64,000 nucleotides of DNA from Cyanophora paradoxa CCMP329 (GCA_004431415.1 QPMI01000046.1:1-64000); one strand, 5' to 3'. Positions 13,430 to 26,000 are shown, counted from the first letter of the stretch. The notes: a model not told the origin generated them from the letters alone. Translations and numbers: made by a program.

Positions 13430-13684
13430 GGAGAGAGTATTTAACTCGTATAGTTAAATTGCCGTGTAGTTAAATTGCCGAATTCGACCAAAACCGGAAT
13501 TGCCGTGGCGATAAATTGCCGAAACTCTGGATATCTTCTATGGCGCCAATGGCACCAATGCCGCCGCGCCATACAAAAGCGGCCGTTTAGCCCTACCCCC
13601 TGAGAATTGCCGTGGCTTAAAATTGCCGAATTCGGCCTCTCGGCAATATACGGCAATTTAAAAGTACGGCTAAAAAAGCCATCC
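13430..13684. mobile_element. MITE-like element with repeated AATTGCCG motifs
   Basis: Imperfect terminal inverted repeats (gga...ttaaattgccgt); about 6 forward aattgccg copies plus inverted cggcaat copies at the right end. Confidence 0.5.
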
Positions 13685-13778
13685 TACAGTACTAGTTGGC
13701 CGCGGGCCGGCCCGGCGGGAACTTCGGAACTTGGCCGGGTTGGCCCAGGCCGGGGCCGGCGCCCGGGCGGGCCGCGGG

Positions 13779-14454
13779 CAGTGATGTTATTACTAATTAA
13801 TCCCAAAAATGCACTATTACTGATTTTATTTTTTAAAGATCTACGGTGGGCGTGCCCACTCGTAGTACACAACGAGGATACAAGTCACGGTATCGGGAAT
13901 CACAGGGATTCGAAGTACAACGTAGCGGAAACAGCAGGAACCGAACCCGGGAATCCGGGAGATCGTAGCACGACCTTATACCACTGCGCTAAAGCGCGGG
14001 TATACTATTACTGATAATGTTTAGTGGTATTATAATAAACCTTACTTATATATATTACACTATATTACCTGTAATACCTCATAGAAACCCCATTCCCGCA
14101 GCCCTGCGCTGCTTATTCTTGATGCTAATCTGTCCGAAACACTCTCTAATCACGTGAAACATGCAAGATGCGACTTTAAGCTTATTGCTAACATGGTTTA
14201 AAAGGCCTTTTGAGGCACGCAACAGGGGTACCCCATCAAGCAAGGTCGAACGGGGCTGTTAAAGAGCTTCCTGGTCATCAGAACTGTCAAATATAGCTTC
14301 GCAGAGCGCTGCTGCTCGTGAAATAAGGGGGACTTCCCAACCTGTAATACACCTTACCGGTAACCCCGGAAAGTGACACTATTACAATAATATTATTATA
14401 ATGCATTATTATAATGTATATTACAGAATATTACTGGTAAGGTTAACATCACTG
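13779..14454. mobile_element. Non-autonomous hAT-like TIR element (676 bp)
   Basis: Perfect 11-bp TIR CAGTGATGTTA...TAACATCACTG; AT-rich interior; TSD only partial (gccgcggg vs gccggcag). Confidence 0.55.
13925..13998 (-). ncRNA. tRNA-derived pseudogene or SINE head with Pol III A and B boxes
   Basis: Minus strand TAGCGCAGTGG (A box)...CTACGA...GGTTCGGTTCC (B box); stems degenerate. Confidence 0.5.
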
Positions 14455-14819
14455 GCCGGCAGTGGCCGCGGGCCGCGGCCGGGCCCCGGCCGGCGCCCGG
14501 CGGCCGGGCCGCAACTTGCAACTTAAAAAAGTTGAATTCGAAGTTGCAACTTGCAAGACAATGCAAGTTGCAAATTGCAATGACTCAGTGCAACGGTGAT
14601 TGGCCGCAAGATGCAAGTAAAAAACCCAGCAGTTCAGGATTGGTTGCATTGGTAGCAGCCCATTGGTCCAAGGGCTTTGAGCGCTGAAACGTTAACATAC
14701 CACTGATACCAGTTACTATCATATTACTAAGTTACTATGATATCATAGTATGCATATCGCAGCATATGTACATCCGATGATCATGGCATCATCATGTCAT
14801 CGATATCCAGTATGGTTAA

Positions 14820-15985
14820 TAATGCGCCCCCGGATTAATGCGTTTTGAAGCCTTGTGGCTGCGTGAGGGGGGTACATACCGCAGTTTTCTTAGCGCGCCG
14901 GCTTAGCGCTTCGATATCGGCCTTGGGGAAAGGAGAGGCCCTTAGGTCTGTTGGTATCTTGTCACAAATTTTAGAAAGCGAAATTCGTATATCGGCCTTG
15001 GGGAAAGGAGAGGCCCTTAGGTCTGTGCCTGTCTTGTCAGTGGATTCAAAATGCGATTCAGGTCAAAATTTTTGGACCTAGGTACCCATTTTCGACCCTA
15101 GGGAGCACGATGGCGGCGCTACTTTTCAAATGTGACACCTCTAACATGCACTAACAGCACGTACGAACGAAATTGTTCGCGTCAAGCCCGATCGCCATTG
15201 GCACAAAAAGTCAATTCACCCATTCACGGACAAGCGCGATTGTCATTGGTTCCAGCTTGCTTCCCCTTCGCCGATGGAAATTGCAAAGAGCCTCTGTACA
15301 TGTACCCGGCTGGAAGGCTGGAGTCACTAGGCGCTTCGCCGGCGGAATCGCCGCGCGTCGCTTCGCAAACGATCGCGATCAACGTTAACGATCGAGCGCC
15401 AGCGCTAGCGCTGTACATGTAGCTAGCATGCGCAGTGCGCAGCGCCGGCGCCGGGCGCCGACGTCGACGTCGACGTCGCGATCGATATCGACGCCGGCGC
15501 CGCGGCCGCGCCAGCATGCGCCGGCGTTGCTATACGACGAAGCCTAGCTATCGGCGTATACGTACGCGTATACGTGTCGCTGGCGCTAGCTAGCGCTAGA
15601 CCAAGCTAGAAGCTACTATAGGCGGCGTAGTCCTCTCAACAGTAACCGCGCGCGGTTGCGGGCCCCGTTTTAAAACAAAGAGCGGCCACCCTCACCCCTT
15701 GAAACCCCAAGACCCAAGGCCACTCCTGCTCCGCAGGGACTCGCTTGTTTGAAGACACCTACTACCCCATTTTTGACCCTGGGGAGCACGTTGGTGCGGC
15801 CCGTTTTCCTATGAGAGGCCTCTAATGGGCAGTAACAGCACGTCGAAAAGCACAGAAAAGCATTTTCCCGGAAAGAAATAGAAAGCGCAAATCACATTGG
15901 CCTTCCAAGTCGAAATTTGAAAATTATTAATTTCAAGAGACCGCACCCCATTCGCTAAGAAATAGTTTCCAAATTAATGGAGCGC
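14820..15985. mobile_element. Left arm of an unclassified TIR DNA element with internal direct repeats
   Basis: Starts taatgcgcccccggattaatgcgtttt, whose inverted copy is at 44232-44258; 38-bp direct repeat 14914-14951/14989-15026; diverged ~85-bp repeat near 15083/15763; 15642-15749 repeated at 44079-44193. Confidence 0.45.
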
Positions 15986-16343
15986 TGTCGCATTCAGGAT
16001 TAGCGCTGTCCTAGCGCTTCTATGAGCTTGTACAGCTACCTTACTAGTAGCTAGGTGCAGCCTTCGTGCTGCTAGTTGCAGAGCTGCCTACGGGCCGCTA
16101 GGGCCGGTGTCGGCGTTAGTACGCCACGGCCGAACACGTGTATTTGCCAGGGTACAGCTATTCCCCTGAGTCAGTGACCGAAGTACTCCGAGCTAGGGGT
16201 ACGTGTACCGGGTCTGTCCGGGTACACAGTTCTACCAATACTACTGGCTTGCACTGTGGTTTCTCGTGATCCACTGAGCCCCGTCGAGCCACGCTCGACC
16301 GGGAACCTCCCCGCGTGCCTCACTACTAATCCCGCACGCGACA
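15986..16343 (+). repeat. 5' LTR of gypsy G2 (358 bp)
   Basis: TGTCGC...GCGACA termini; identical by eye to the reverse complement of 26431-26788; followed by PBS and gag. Confidence 0.92.
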
Positions 16344-16355
16344 GGCGCCACTGCC
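16344..16355 (+). promoter_or_regulatory. Primer binding site, tRNA-Asp(GTC) type
   Basis: GGCGCCACTGCC directly after the LTR; complementary to a tRNA 3' end GGCAGTGGCG-CC with G73 discriminator; resembles the plant Asp PBS TGGCGCCGTTGCC. Confidence 0.75.
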
Positions 16356-16823
16356 ACGAGTTGAATCTTTAAGGGTCCGGTCGGGTCGCTCGCGATCCCG
16401 CCTTCGCGCGCGCCGCGCACGCGCACCGTAGCATCGTAGTGACATTCCCAGCCGTCAGCTCACAGTACGCAACCGGTTACCCCGGGTGCCGAAAAGTGAG
16501 AGCCTGCGCTCCGGTGACCCCGGAGACTGGCTGGCTTGAGTTCCTTACCGGAACTCTTGCCCTGCGTGCTGAAGAGCCGGCCGCGCGCCGCGCTAGAGCC
16601 GACCGCCCTCGTGCGCGTCGAGCCGCCGAAGTTCCCCTCGAGGGCAACTTTGTGCCATCGCCGATCCCCGGCCTCCGAGCCCGGATCGCGCTCCGGTGTG
16701 TTGCGTAAGCAGCATATCGTCGTCTGTGCCGTCGAAATCCCGCGTTTTACGCGGCGACTCGGCCTCAAAGAGCTTCGTGCTCAAATTTGATCTGTCTTGT
16801 ACTTGTCACTGTGAAAGCCTGCC

Positions 16824-19800
16824 ATGTCGCGGCTTCCGGTTGAGCTGCCGACGAGCGAGCGCGATCGCATGATCGCACTCAACTCGTCCGCACCCACGAG
16901 CGGCGTGGCCGTTCAGCAGATGACCGCTGCGGCGCCCGCGGTTGATGCGAAGGGCTTGCCCGCCATCACCCCGCTGTCTGCGAACCCGACCATCGACGAA
17001 GTCGATGAGTGGCGTCAGCAGATACGCACTTTCGTCTCGACTCAGACGCACAAGTATGCGTATGAGCCTGAGGGCGAGAACTGGACTAAGGTCGAAGCAC
17101 TCGGCGGCTTCATGGTCTCCCAGCTCTGCAAGGGCTCGCTGCGCTCGCAGATGCAGCGCATGCGCGACCAGCTGGAAGAGACTAAAGAGCACTATACTCA
17201 CAGGCTCGCGCGGTTGACCGTGCTGACTGCCCTGCCCATCGAAGCCCGGCTCCCCGAGACCGAGGCCGAGATCCTCCAGCTCGAGAACTCAGTCACACGC
17301 CTCGACGCTGAGATCGCCGCGGGCCGCAACACTTTCCAGCGCGCCCCGGGCGTTGAGAAGTACATCATTGAGCGTGTGACTAAAGGCTTGCCCCACGTCG
17401 CCGAGGCAGCGATCAACGCCGCGTACACCGGCGAAGATCCGCTGACGTGGGTGAACTGGATCGCTCCGCACGTGCGCCACACGCGCCCGGTGGACAAATC
17501 CTACGCCGAGCACCTGATCACTGTGATCGGGAACGCGCTCTCGCGCCGCCAGACCGGGCTAGACCCGCAGTACGACAACTACGACGTTCGCGCCGCGATC
17601 AACGCTCGGCAGAATGAGAGTACGATGACGTACATTCTGCAGGAGCTCCGCGGCGAGTTCGCGCGCTTCGGGGCCGATCTCACGCCCCTGCGCGCTGAGA
17701 AGATCTTCGAGGAGCAGTGCGACCGCCACGGCCGCCGCACCGTCCGCCTCCAGGCCGAGTCGCGCTCCGCGGCTGAGCCGGAGCCGAAGCGCTCCCGGGG
17801 CGCGGTGCCTGTCAAGGCTCTCAAGCCGGTGCCCGCCGCCGAGGGCGAGGACGAGGGCGACGCCGACGAGCCGGCGCCGGCTGCAATCCCGGTCAAAACC
17901 GTGCAGCCTGCTCACGGGACCAAGGCGCCCGCCGGCGCCCCCGTGACGCAGCCCCAGGCTCCCAACCGCCACCCTGACTCGGATCGCCTCGGGTACCCCG
18001 CGACGAGTCAGCTCCCCTGCCCGTGCTGCAAGTATCTCAAGCACCTTTCGCTTGATGAAAAAATGCACTTCAAGTGGGAGTGCCGCTGGGTGGAAGCCCC
18101 TCCCCCCTTCCCCGGCATCCCCTACCGCGACTGGCTGCACCAGCAGACCGAGACGCCGGCAGAGCGGAAGCGCGCCCGTGACGACCAGTCCGGCGGCGCG
18201 CAGCGCGAAGGGTTCAATCAGAACCGCGGCGGCTTCGCGCCCCGCGGGGGGTACGCTGTACGCGGCGGCTTCGAGCAGAACCGCGGCGGCTACAACCAGG
18301 GCCGTGGCGGCTACGGCCAGCCCCGCAGCGGCTACGGTGGTCACCGCGGTGGCCCCGGCCAGGGCCAGGGCCAAGGCCAGCGCCAGGGGTTCGGCGGTGG
18401 CCAGGGCCAGGGGTACGGCGGCGGCCAGGGCCAGGGGTACGGCGGCCCGCCCCGCGGCGGGGGCCCCGGCGGCAACCGTGGCTGGCGCCAGGCCGGCCCC
18501 CACACCATCTGCAATCGCTGTGGCGGCGCTGGGCACTACGCCAGCGACTGCCAGCAGCAGCACGAGTCTCGCTCGGCCCCGCCCGAGACGACCAACGCCG
18601 GCGCTGACCGCGAAAACCTTGCGCACGCGCTCCAGCGCCTTGCCGACCTCGAGTCGCGCGTCCCGGCTCCTGCAGCCCCAGCTCAGCCCCCGGGCGCTCC
18701 GAAGCCCGCGGGCGGCAACCCCAAGCCCGGTTCGTCCGGCACTGCGATCCGCTCGATCCGCGTGATGCCCGTCTCCGAGAGCTCTGAGCTCACGTTCGTG
18801 GACGTGCTCGAGGACGACGCGCTCGCAGGCCTCCGCCAGCCGACGGCGGAGGATGAGGAGGTCGCGCGCGCCACGCAGGCCGCGTTTGACCGCGAAAACG
18901 ACGAGGAGGAGACGCCGGTTATCGCAGCCGCGCGCGAGGCGGAGTTTGAGCGCGCCCTCGACGCCGCTAGCCCCGCCCGCTCCGAGAGTGAGGCGGCCTC
19001 GGTGATCTCCCCCGTCTCCAGCTCGGATAAATACGTCCTGAGCGAGAAGGAGGCCGACGCTCTCCCTGAGGGCGACAACATCGGTCGTGCTGCCCCGCGC
19101 TCGCCCGGGCAGTACACCAAGGCCCTTGCTGCCTTCATGACGGAGGAAATCAATGCCAAAGGCCTCCTGGAAGACCTGGGCCCGTCCACTAGCGACAATG
19201 ATGCCCGTGGAATCGTTTTCACGATCCCGGATCATGCGCGCGCGATCGAGAAAATTGATTCCGAGCTTCGGAACGAGCTCCGCAAGGCTCTCTCGGACGA
19301 CGCGGACTCTGAGAGCTCTGAGTCCCTGCGCGCTGAGTCCCTGGCTTCCTCCGCTAGCGAGCGCGTGCGCTGGGGTCTCGCCACGGCGGTCGCCGCGCAC
19401 GAGAAAGGCCGTTACGTGTTCCTGCCTAAGGACACGCTCTTTGAGCTCGGCCCGTGGGCCGAGGACCGCAACTTCCTGCGCGAAATTGGCGGCCTCGGGC
19501 CCCTGCTTAGCACGCGCGCGAGCTGGTACGCCAGCCTCGCGACCAACGCCGTCGCGCTCCAGCGCGCCCTGGCCGTGCTCTTCACTCAGTCCTTCGCGAA
19601 GGACCACCGCTTGATCGAGTTCCTGCCAGTGCAGGACGGCGGTGTTAGCAAGGCCCACAATTTGATCCTCGCCGCCTGCGGCCTGGACTTACCGACTCGG
19701 GTGATGCTCAATATGACGGGCCCGCACGAGCTTAATCGGCTCATGGGCATCATCCTCGCGGTCGTGAGCATCGCCGATCGCGATTTCGGCCTCGGGTCCT

Positions 19801-22800
19801 CCCAGGAAATCCTCGATCTGCAGAAGCAGTACCACGACGTCTATCGTCAGGTCCGCCCGTCGCTTGACGCGGGTCAGACCCCGGGCCCCGCACCCGAGCG
19901 CGCCCGCTTCTGGGAGGAGATGCTGACCGCCTGGTACGGCAACGAGCCGTCCAGCCCCATGCGCAAGCTTGGCCTCGCCAGCTGCGAGTTCTCGGAGGAG
20001 AAGCAGACGAACCTGCTCTCGCTCCTGAACACCAGCGCGTTCATCCTGGGCCAGTTCAGCCTCCAGTGGCACTGCCCCGAGGATGTTCACGAGACGGCGC
20101 CGATGCCGCGCCACATGACGATGTATGCGGCTTACAATAGCCCGGCTCCGCCCTCTGGCCACCTGGCCGCCCGCACTGCGCTTGCGCTCCTGCGCGCCGA
20201 GTGCGAGAGCCCGGCTGATTTCCTGCACGTCTGCGTGCACCTGCTGCTGGGAATCATTCGGTTCCGCAGCCTCGAAGTCGTGAAAGTGGGCAACGCGAAT
20301 TATGCAAAGGATTCACATTTCGATTGGATCCGCCCGCGCGGTGAGGCGCCGCCCGTCTCCACTTTCACCGACATGGCCGAGCGCCTCGCGACGGTCGCCA
20401 GCGCCGGCTGCTTCTGCGTTGCCGAGCACGCTGACCGCGACATCCGCGAGCGCGTCGCGCTCACGTACTTGAAGCGGCGCAACCGCTACATTAATGGCGA
20501 GCTGCCGCCCGCGCCTCTCTATGAGCTTGCGCGCCTCGAAATCGAGCTCGACGGCTACCGCGCCGTCAAGCTTCCTGCGAAAAAGGCCAATGCGCGCCTT
20601 CGTTATCTGCTCGATAACAATGAAAAGAGCCACCCCGGGGTTCTGTTTGCGGATTGGCTGTACGGCATGGGCCATTACCACGGTGTCCCGACGGTCACTG
20701 TGGCGCGCACCTGCCCGGAAGACAAGACGTTCTTCCGCTTCCGCGACTTCCCGCACCTGCCGCCGGTGGGGTTCGGCATGGAGCTCGTGACTCTCGCTCT
20801 CCCGCAGCGGTTCACAGTTACCCGCCACATGGCTCAGATGGTCTTCTTGGACAATCCGGCTCTGGCCGAGCGCCTCAAAGCCGCGATTGATCGCCGCTGC
20901 ACGCATCTCTCAATTGATAACGCGGCGATCAAGCATGTCTGGCCCTGGGCCGTCATGAAAACGCGCGACGTGTTTTGCTCGGGCCCGTACATTGACCCCA
21001 GCTACACCGAGCGCTCCCAGATCGTTCTCTCGGTCCTCGAGCGCGCGGTTCATTACGATCCGCCGCTCGTGTTCGAGGCCGCAGGGAAGAAGGGCGGCGG
21101 TAGCGGCAAGCCGCGCCGCGCTACCGGCACTGCCACCCGCAAGGGCGGCGCCCTCGAGCAGGCGACTGGCCACCCGGCCATCCCGCTCCGGTATACTACT
21201 CGTTCCGGCCGGAAGCGCGCTTCCGCCGATGACAATGATGACGGCGACGAGGAGGGCCAGGGGGATAAGAAGCGCGCCCCTGCGGCACCCCCCTCCCCCA
21301 CCCCGCCTGAAGGCATCGCCGAGGACGACCTCGCACGCATGCACCACGCTCTGTTCGTGCGCGAGGGCATCGACCTCCATCTTTTCGAAATGGAGGGCGA
21401 GCTCTGCGATGCTCCGTCCCGCCTCTGGGCGGAGGACGCAGTCCAGGCTTGGTTGGAAAATAGCGGCCTCTCGCCCGACCAGAACCCGGACTTGCACAAT
21501 GTCACCTTGCCCACGGGCCACACGCTGCGCAAGTGGCTGAAAGATGAGCTCAACCAGCCCCCGTGGAAGCGCTTCGACCAGTGGCACGCGCGCGGGCGGC
21601 TGCCTATCTGGAACACTTTCGAGCCGCAGCTGCGAATGCCTGATCGGCACCCCGCCAATTACGCCGCACTGCGCCGCGCCGTCGCCACCTGGGAGCTGCA
21701 CGCGCTCCGCGACGGTCGCATCCTGCCTATCCATGGCTTCCCGGCCAACGTCGACGACTGGAATAGCGAGTACTGGGACACGTTCTTCTTGGACCGCCAC
21801 CAGATGGACGTGCGCGCGCTCCCGCCGTACTACGTCGCGAACCGCGACCCCGCTACGAAGGGCAAGGGCCCCCCTCTCACTGTCGTCGACCCCGTGCCCT
21901 CGCATGCGCGATGGCTGGTTGGCGCCTGGCCGCACCAGCCTGAGGCCGGGTATACGGACTATGTCCCGCCCGAGCAGCAGAAGCTGCCGGAAGACGTCGC
22001 CTTTTATTATGACGAGGCCCGCTTGCCCTATCTGTCCGCGAAGCTCAACACCGCGGCTGAGCAGTCGGACCGCGAGCCTTGCTCCAACGTCATGGATCTG
22101 GCGGCGTATGACGACTCTCGCTCTTGGCTCGCGCAGCCCTCTTACGCCGCCATGCTCGCAAATGCCGGCGTTTGGGAGCCTCCTATGGTTCCCGACGCTC
22201 CCGCTGACTGCGGCGACGGCCGTCGCGGATGCTGCCACTGCCACCAGCAAAGACTCGGCCGGCCCGAACGCCGTGCCTCGAGCAGTGCCGCCGGCTAGCT
22301 GCCTCTATCACCCGGATGGGCATGATGCTTACTCTGCCTTCCATGCGCTCGTGGCCACGATTCTCTCGAACGTGCCCGGTCACAACCGCGGCATACCCGC
22401 CTGCATGATGCTTTACGGCATCGAGGGCCCCATTGCGACCGCTTCGCTGTCGGCTGCGGCAGTGCAAGGCGCCCTGTATGCCCCGACAATGGCCGGCATT
22501 CCCCACGACGTCATGCGCTGGCTTGCCTCGCAGCCGAGCGCCTCGCGCGAGAATGCTAGCCCTTGGCTCTCGGCATACCTTTGCCTGAACTCAATCCTCA
22601 TTCACATCTTCCGGGGGACCCATTGTGCCATCAGCACGCACGCCACGCATGGGCATTTCAATCGCGAGCGGCTTGATGCACAGCTGCGCGCATACCGCGA
22701 AGGCCGCTTCGGGCGCGCCGCCGGTATCCTCTCTCCCGTGAGAAACAGGGCGGCCGGATTCCGCGCCCTCGTCCCAGGCGACCCCGCCTTGTCGCGCAAC

Positions 22801-25800
22801 GCGCAAGATGTCTTCACAAACCTGCGCACCTTCCATGAGATGGTCCTCGCCCAACCGACTGGCTCGGTGGAGGCGACGGCTTGTAGCGGCCCGACCCACA
22901 CGGCTATGCACTCCCCGCCCGCTGGAGAGACTGATCGCCGCCTTGCTGGCCTCCCTCAGCGCGTTTACGCGCTTGGCCGCGAAAATTTGAATGCCCGCAA
23001 GCACGAGCATGCCCCGGGCCGCAATGCGCCCCCGGAGCCCGCGCACCCGCCGCCGAACACGTGGGAAGCCGTCCCTGTTCGCGAGCGCCTCGCAGGCATT
23101 CTCGCCGGCTTCGTGCTGGCCATGGTTTCGCATATCATGATGCGCCGTCCGGCCGCCTCCGTCGCGGCCGACCCGAAAACCGCCGCCGAGATTCCGCACC
23201 ATGTCCTGCTGGTGCCCGCGGTCTATGACTTCCTGCGCGAAGTTCTCCTGTCTCCCGACACGCGTTCCATTGTCGGCACGCGCGTCGGCCAGCGCGCCAC
23301 GGGCTCGGATGGCAATCCCTTGTTTTCTGTCAAGGTCGAAGCGCAGCAGGGCCACGCCGTCGCCCGCGCTGACGACTCCGCTGAGCTCGCGCAAGCCTGC
23401 TGGGTGCCGCTCGGCACCTTGCTGTGGCTCGCTATGCCGCGCCTCCCGCAGGCGCCCCAGCCCCCGTCGGTGCCCGGCACTGACGTGTGGTGGGGCGGGG
23501 CTCCCGACAAGCGCGCCGCGCTGTTGAACGCCCTCCGCCAGCTCTGGAGCTCTGGCACGCTCCAGCGCCTGAAGCTCGCCCTCACGGTCTCTGAGACCAC
23601 GCCGTCCACCTCCGAGTCGGCCGATGCGCCGTACCTTCCATTGCGCTTCCTCGAGCGCCTGCTGCCCGCCGAAACGTCGGCTCTGGGTGTCTCGGAGGCC
23701 CTCCGCGAGACCTGTGGCTTTACCAACGCCAACAGCTATCACGAGCAGTACGCTCGTCACCCGCCCTGCGCGCAGCAGCAGGTTCGCGATGCATTCCGCG
23801 ATTGGACTCAGGAAATATACAAAACTCTTTGGCCGCTCATGGCCGGGTCCACATCGCCTGTCCCGACCCTGCGGCTCAACCATTTGACCGCCGCTCCGGT
23901 CCTCGACACTGTGCGCACGGCCGATGCGCCGTACCCCGCGCTTGAGATGGCACCCGCGCTGGGCCCCTCGCGCGTCGCGATTACGCCGTTTCACTACCGC
24001 CTGCCGGCTAGCCTGGTTCGCGCGTGGAACGGCCGCGACCCCCTCGATATTTTTGCGCGCTTGCACGGAGCTCAAGGGGCCGGGGCGTCCACGCCCTCGT
24101 CCCGCGACCGCAGCCCCGCCCGTAGCACTACGTCGCCGAGCCCGTCGCTAGGCCAAGCGACGCCGGCTAGCCACAAGCGTGCGCGCGACGACTCGCAATC
24201 TCCTGCCCGTAAGGGACCTGTAGGGCCGGCGCACATGCGCCACCGCCTCGGCCCTGTGCCCCCGGAGATCGCGAACATGACCGATGACGAGCTCCGCGAG
24301 CAGCTCGGAATCCTCGGTGTCCCGGTACTGATGCCGACGGACAATCTGCTCAACTTCGCGCGTACCGAGGCGTTGCGCCGTGGCTTCGCGCTCGCGCCGA
24401 CGCCGCATCCAGAGCGCGTGGCGCAGGCGGCCCCCGTGCAGCCGGCCCAGGCCTCGCGCCAGCCACAGGCCTCGCGCCAGTCACAGGCTCCGCGCCAGGC
24501 CCAGGCCTCGCGCCCGCCGGCCACGGCGCCCCCTCCCCAACCCCGGCCTGGCAGCAGGCGCCGCCGCCGCTGCAGCCCCAAATGTACGGGTCCGGCGGGT
24601 ACGGTTGGGGCCAAGAGATCTACGCACCCGCTGCGCAGCAGCCGGCCGCGGCCAGCTCCTCCTCGTTCCGGCCCGCCGCGGCCAGTTCGAGCGCTCGCCC
24701 GCAGCAAGCGCCGCCGCCGCCCTTGCGCCAGCGTCTCATCGCTCAGGCCGCCAGCTCCGCCGTCGACGGCGCACGGCACTATCGGCGCGTGCAGAACTGG
24801 TGTGCCATGATGTCAACTGAGCTCGCGAAGCAGCCGCCGAATGCGCAGCTGCTTAGCACTTACCTGAATTCGATCGCCAATGTCGTGGGCGAGGACCTTA
24901 CGGTCCTGGGCGAGCCACTCAGCAGCCCGCAATGGGACGAGCTCAACGCGGCTGCTCGGCGTCACAGCGCCTCCGACCCCTCGATCCGCCCGTTCGAGAA
25001 ACATGAGCAGCAGCTCATCGCTTGCATCGGCCACGCAATGGCCCTCGGCGCCAAAGGCTATGTCGACGGCTCCGCCCCTGGCACTCGCATTCAGCGGGTT
25101 GCCAGCGACCCCGAGTACACGACGGCTGCGGCCCTCCAGCCTCCCGAGCTTGCCGCGATGCAGCTCGATCATGACAGCACGGCCTCTGTCCCCGTGCACC
25201 GCCCCGACGGCCCGTCTCGCAAGCACGTCGGCGGCCTACCCGCGGCTCGTTCCACTGCGCTCCATGCCACGAGCGCTGCGCAGCAGGCTCACCTGCGTTT
25301 CCCTGCGCCGGCCCCGGACGAGCTCGTTGGCTACGGCCCTGATCGGCCTACTGATTTCGCTGAGCCTGAGTCCGCGGATTCCGATCCCGACTCCAGCCAG
25401 CTTCCGGCCCCGGTCCCGATTGGTCGAGTTATCGATGGGATTAACGGGCTGCCGCATGATTTTCGCCGGCTGCTGCTCCAGTGCCATGGGTATGTGTACG
25501 CCCTCGGCCCCGACGGCACGCTAGGCGATTGGATTCGCGTCAAGTTTATCTTCGATACTGGCGCAATGGGTGAAGTGGCCGAGCGGCGGATGATGCCTAA
25601 GGGCACCCGCTACACCGGCACAAAGACGCTCCGTGCCTTCATGCACCACGCGACGATTGAGGCTGAAATAGCCCACGTAGTTCTCCGCTTTGGCGACGTC
25701 TACGTCTCGCGTGCCGTGCACGTTGTGCCGGACGGAACTCTCGGCCCGGACGCAGACATGCTGATCGGCATCGGCACTATCATGTGCATTGACGGCCGCA

Positions 25801-26000
25801 TCGACACCACGCGCTCCGGCTGGTGCTTGCACGCGCGCGACGCGCACTACAAGCCCCACGTGATCCCTTTTCGCTTCCCGGGCAAGCACAAGGGCCTCTG
25901 CTTGTCCGGGTCCAGCGCCCTGTCAAAATCGAACGGAACTGGCGCGAATGCCGGGTCCGCTGCGTCCTAGACGGGCGCCTGCCGCCTGAAAGCGCGGCCC
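16824..26000 (+). CDS. gag: Giant Gag-(unknown)-protease polyprotein of G2, about 3000 aa if two frameshifts (~22230, ~24560) are errors; broken off just after PR
   Basis: 1824-aa ORF with RGG-rich tract (18200-18490) and CCHC knuckle CNRCGGAGHYASDC (18510-18551); overlapping 1088-aa and 462-aa ORFs; FIFDTGA (DTG 25554-25562) and DMLIGIG; GRIDTTRSGWCL matches G1 GQIDTTLSGWCL. Confidence 0.85.

Noticed and set aside
14500-14660. TTGCAA repeat cluster as a separate element
   Set aside because: Probably a transposon subterminal region, but no matching end or TSD could be defined
15981-15985. TSD agcgc versus ggcgc flanking the two G2 LTRs
   Set aside because: One mismatch, and ggcgc is simply the start of the PBS
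17559-24075. Long antisense ORFs (699, 446 and 494 aa) and most other short ORFs in the track
   Set aside because: Shadow ORFs caused by high-GC codon bias; no motifs
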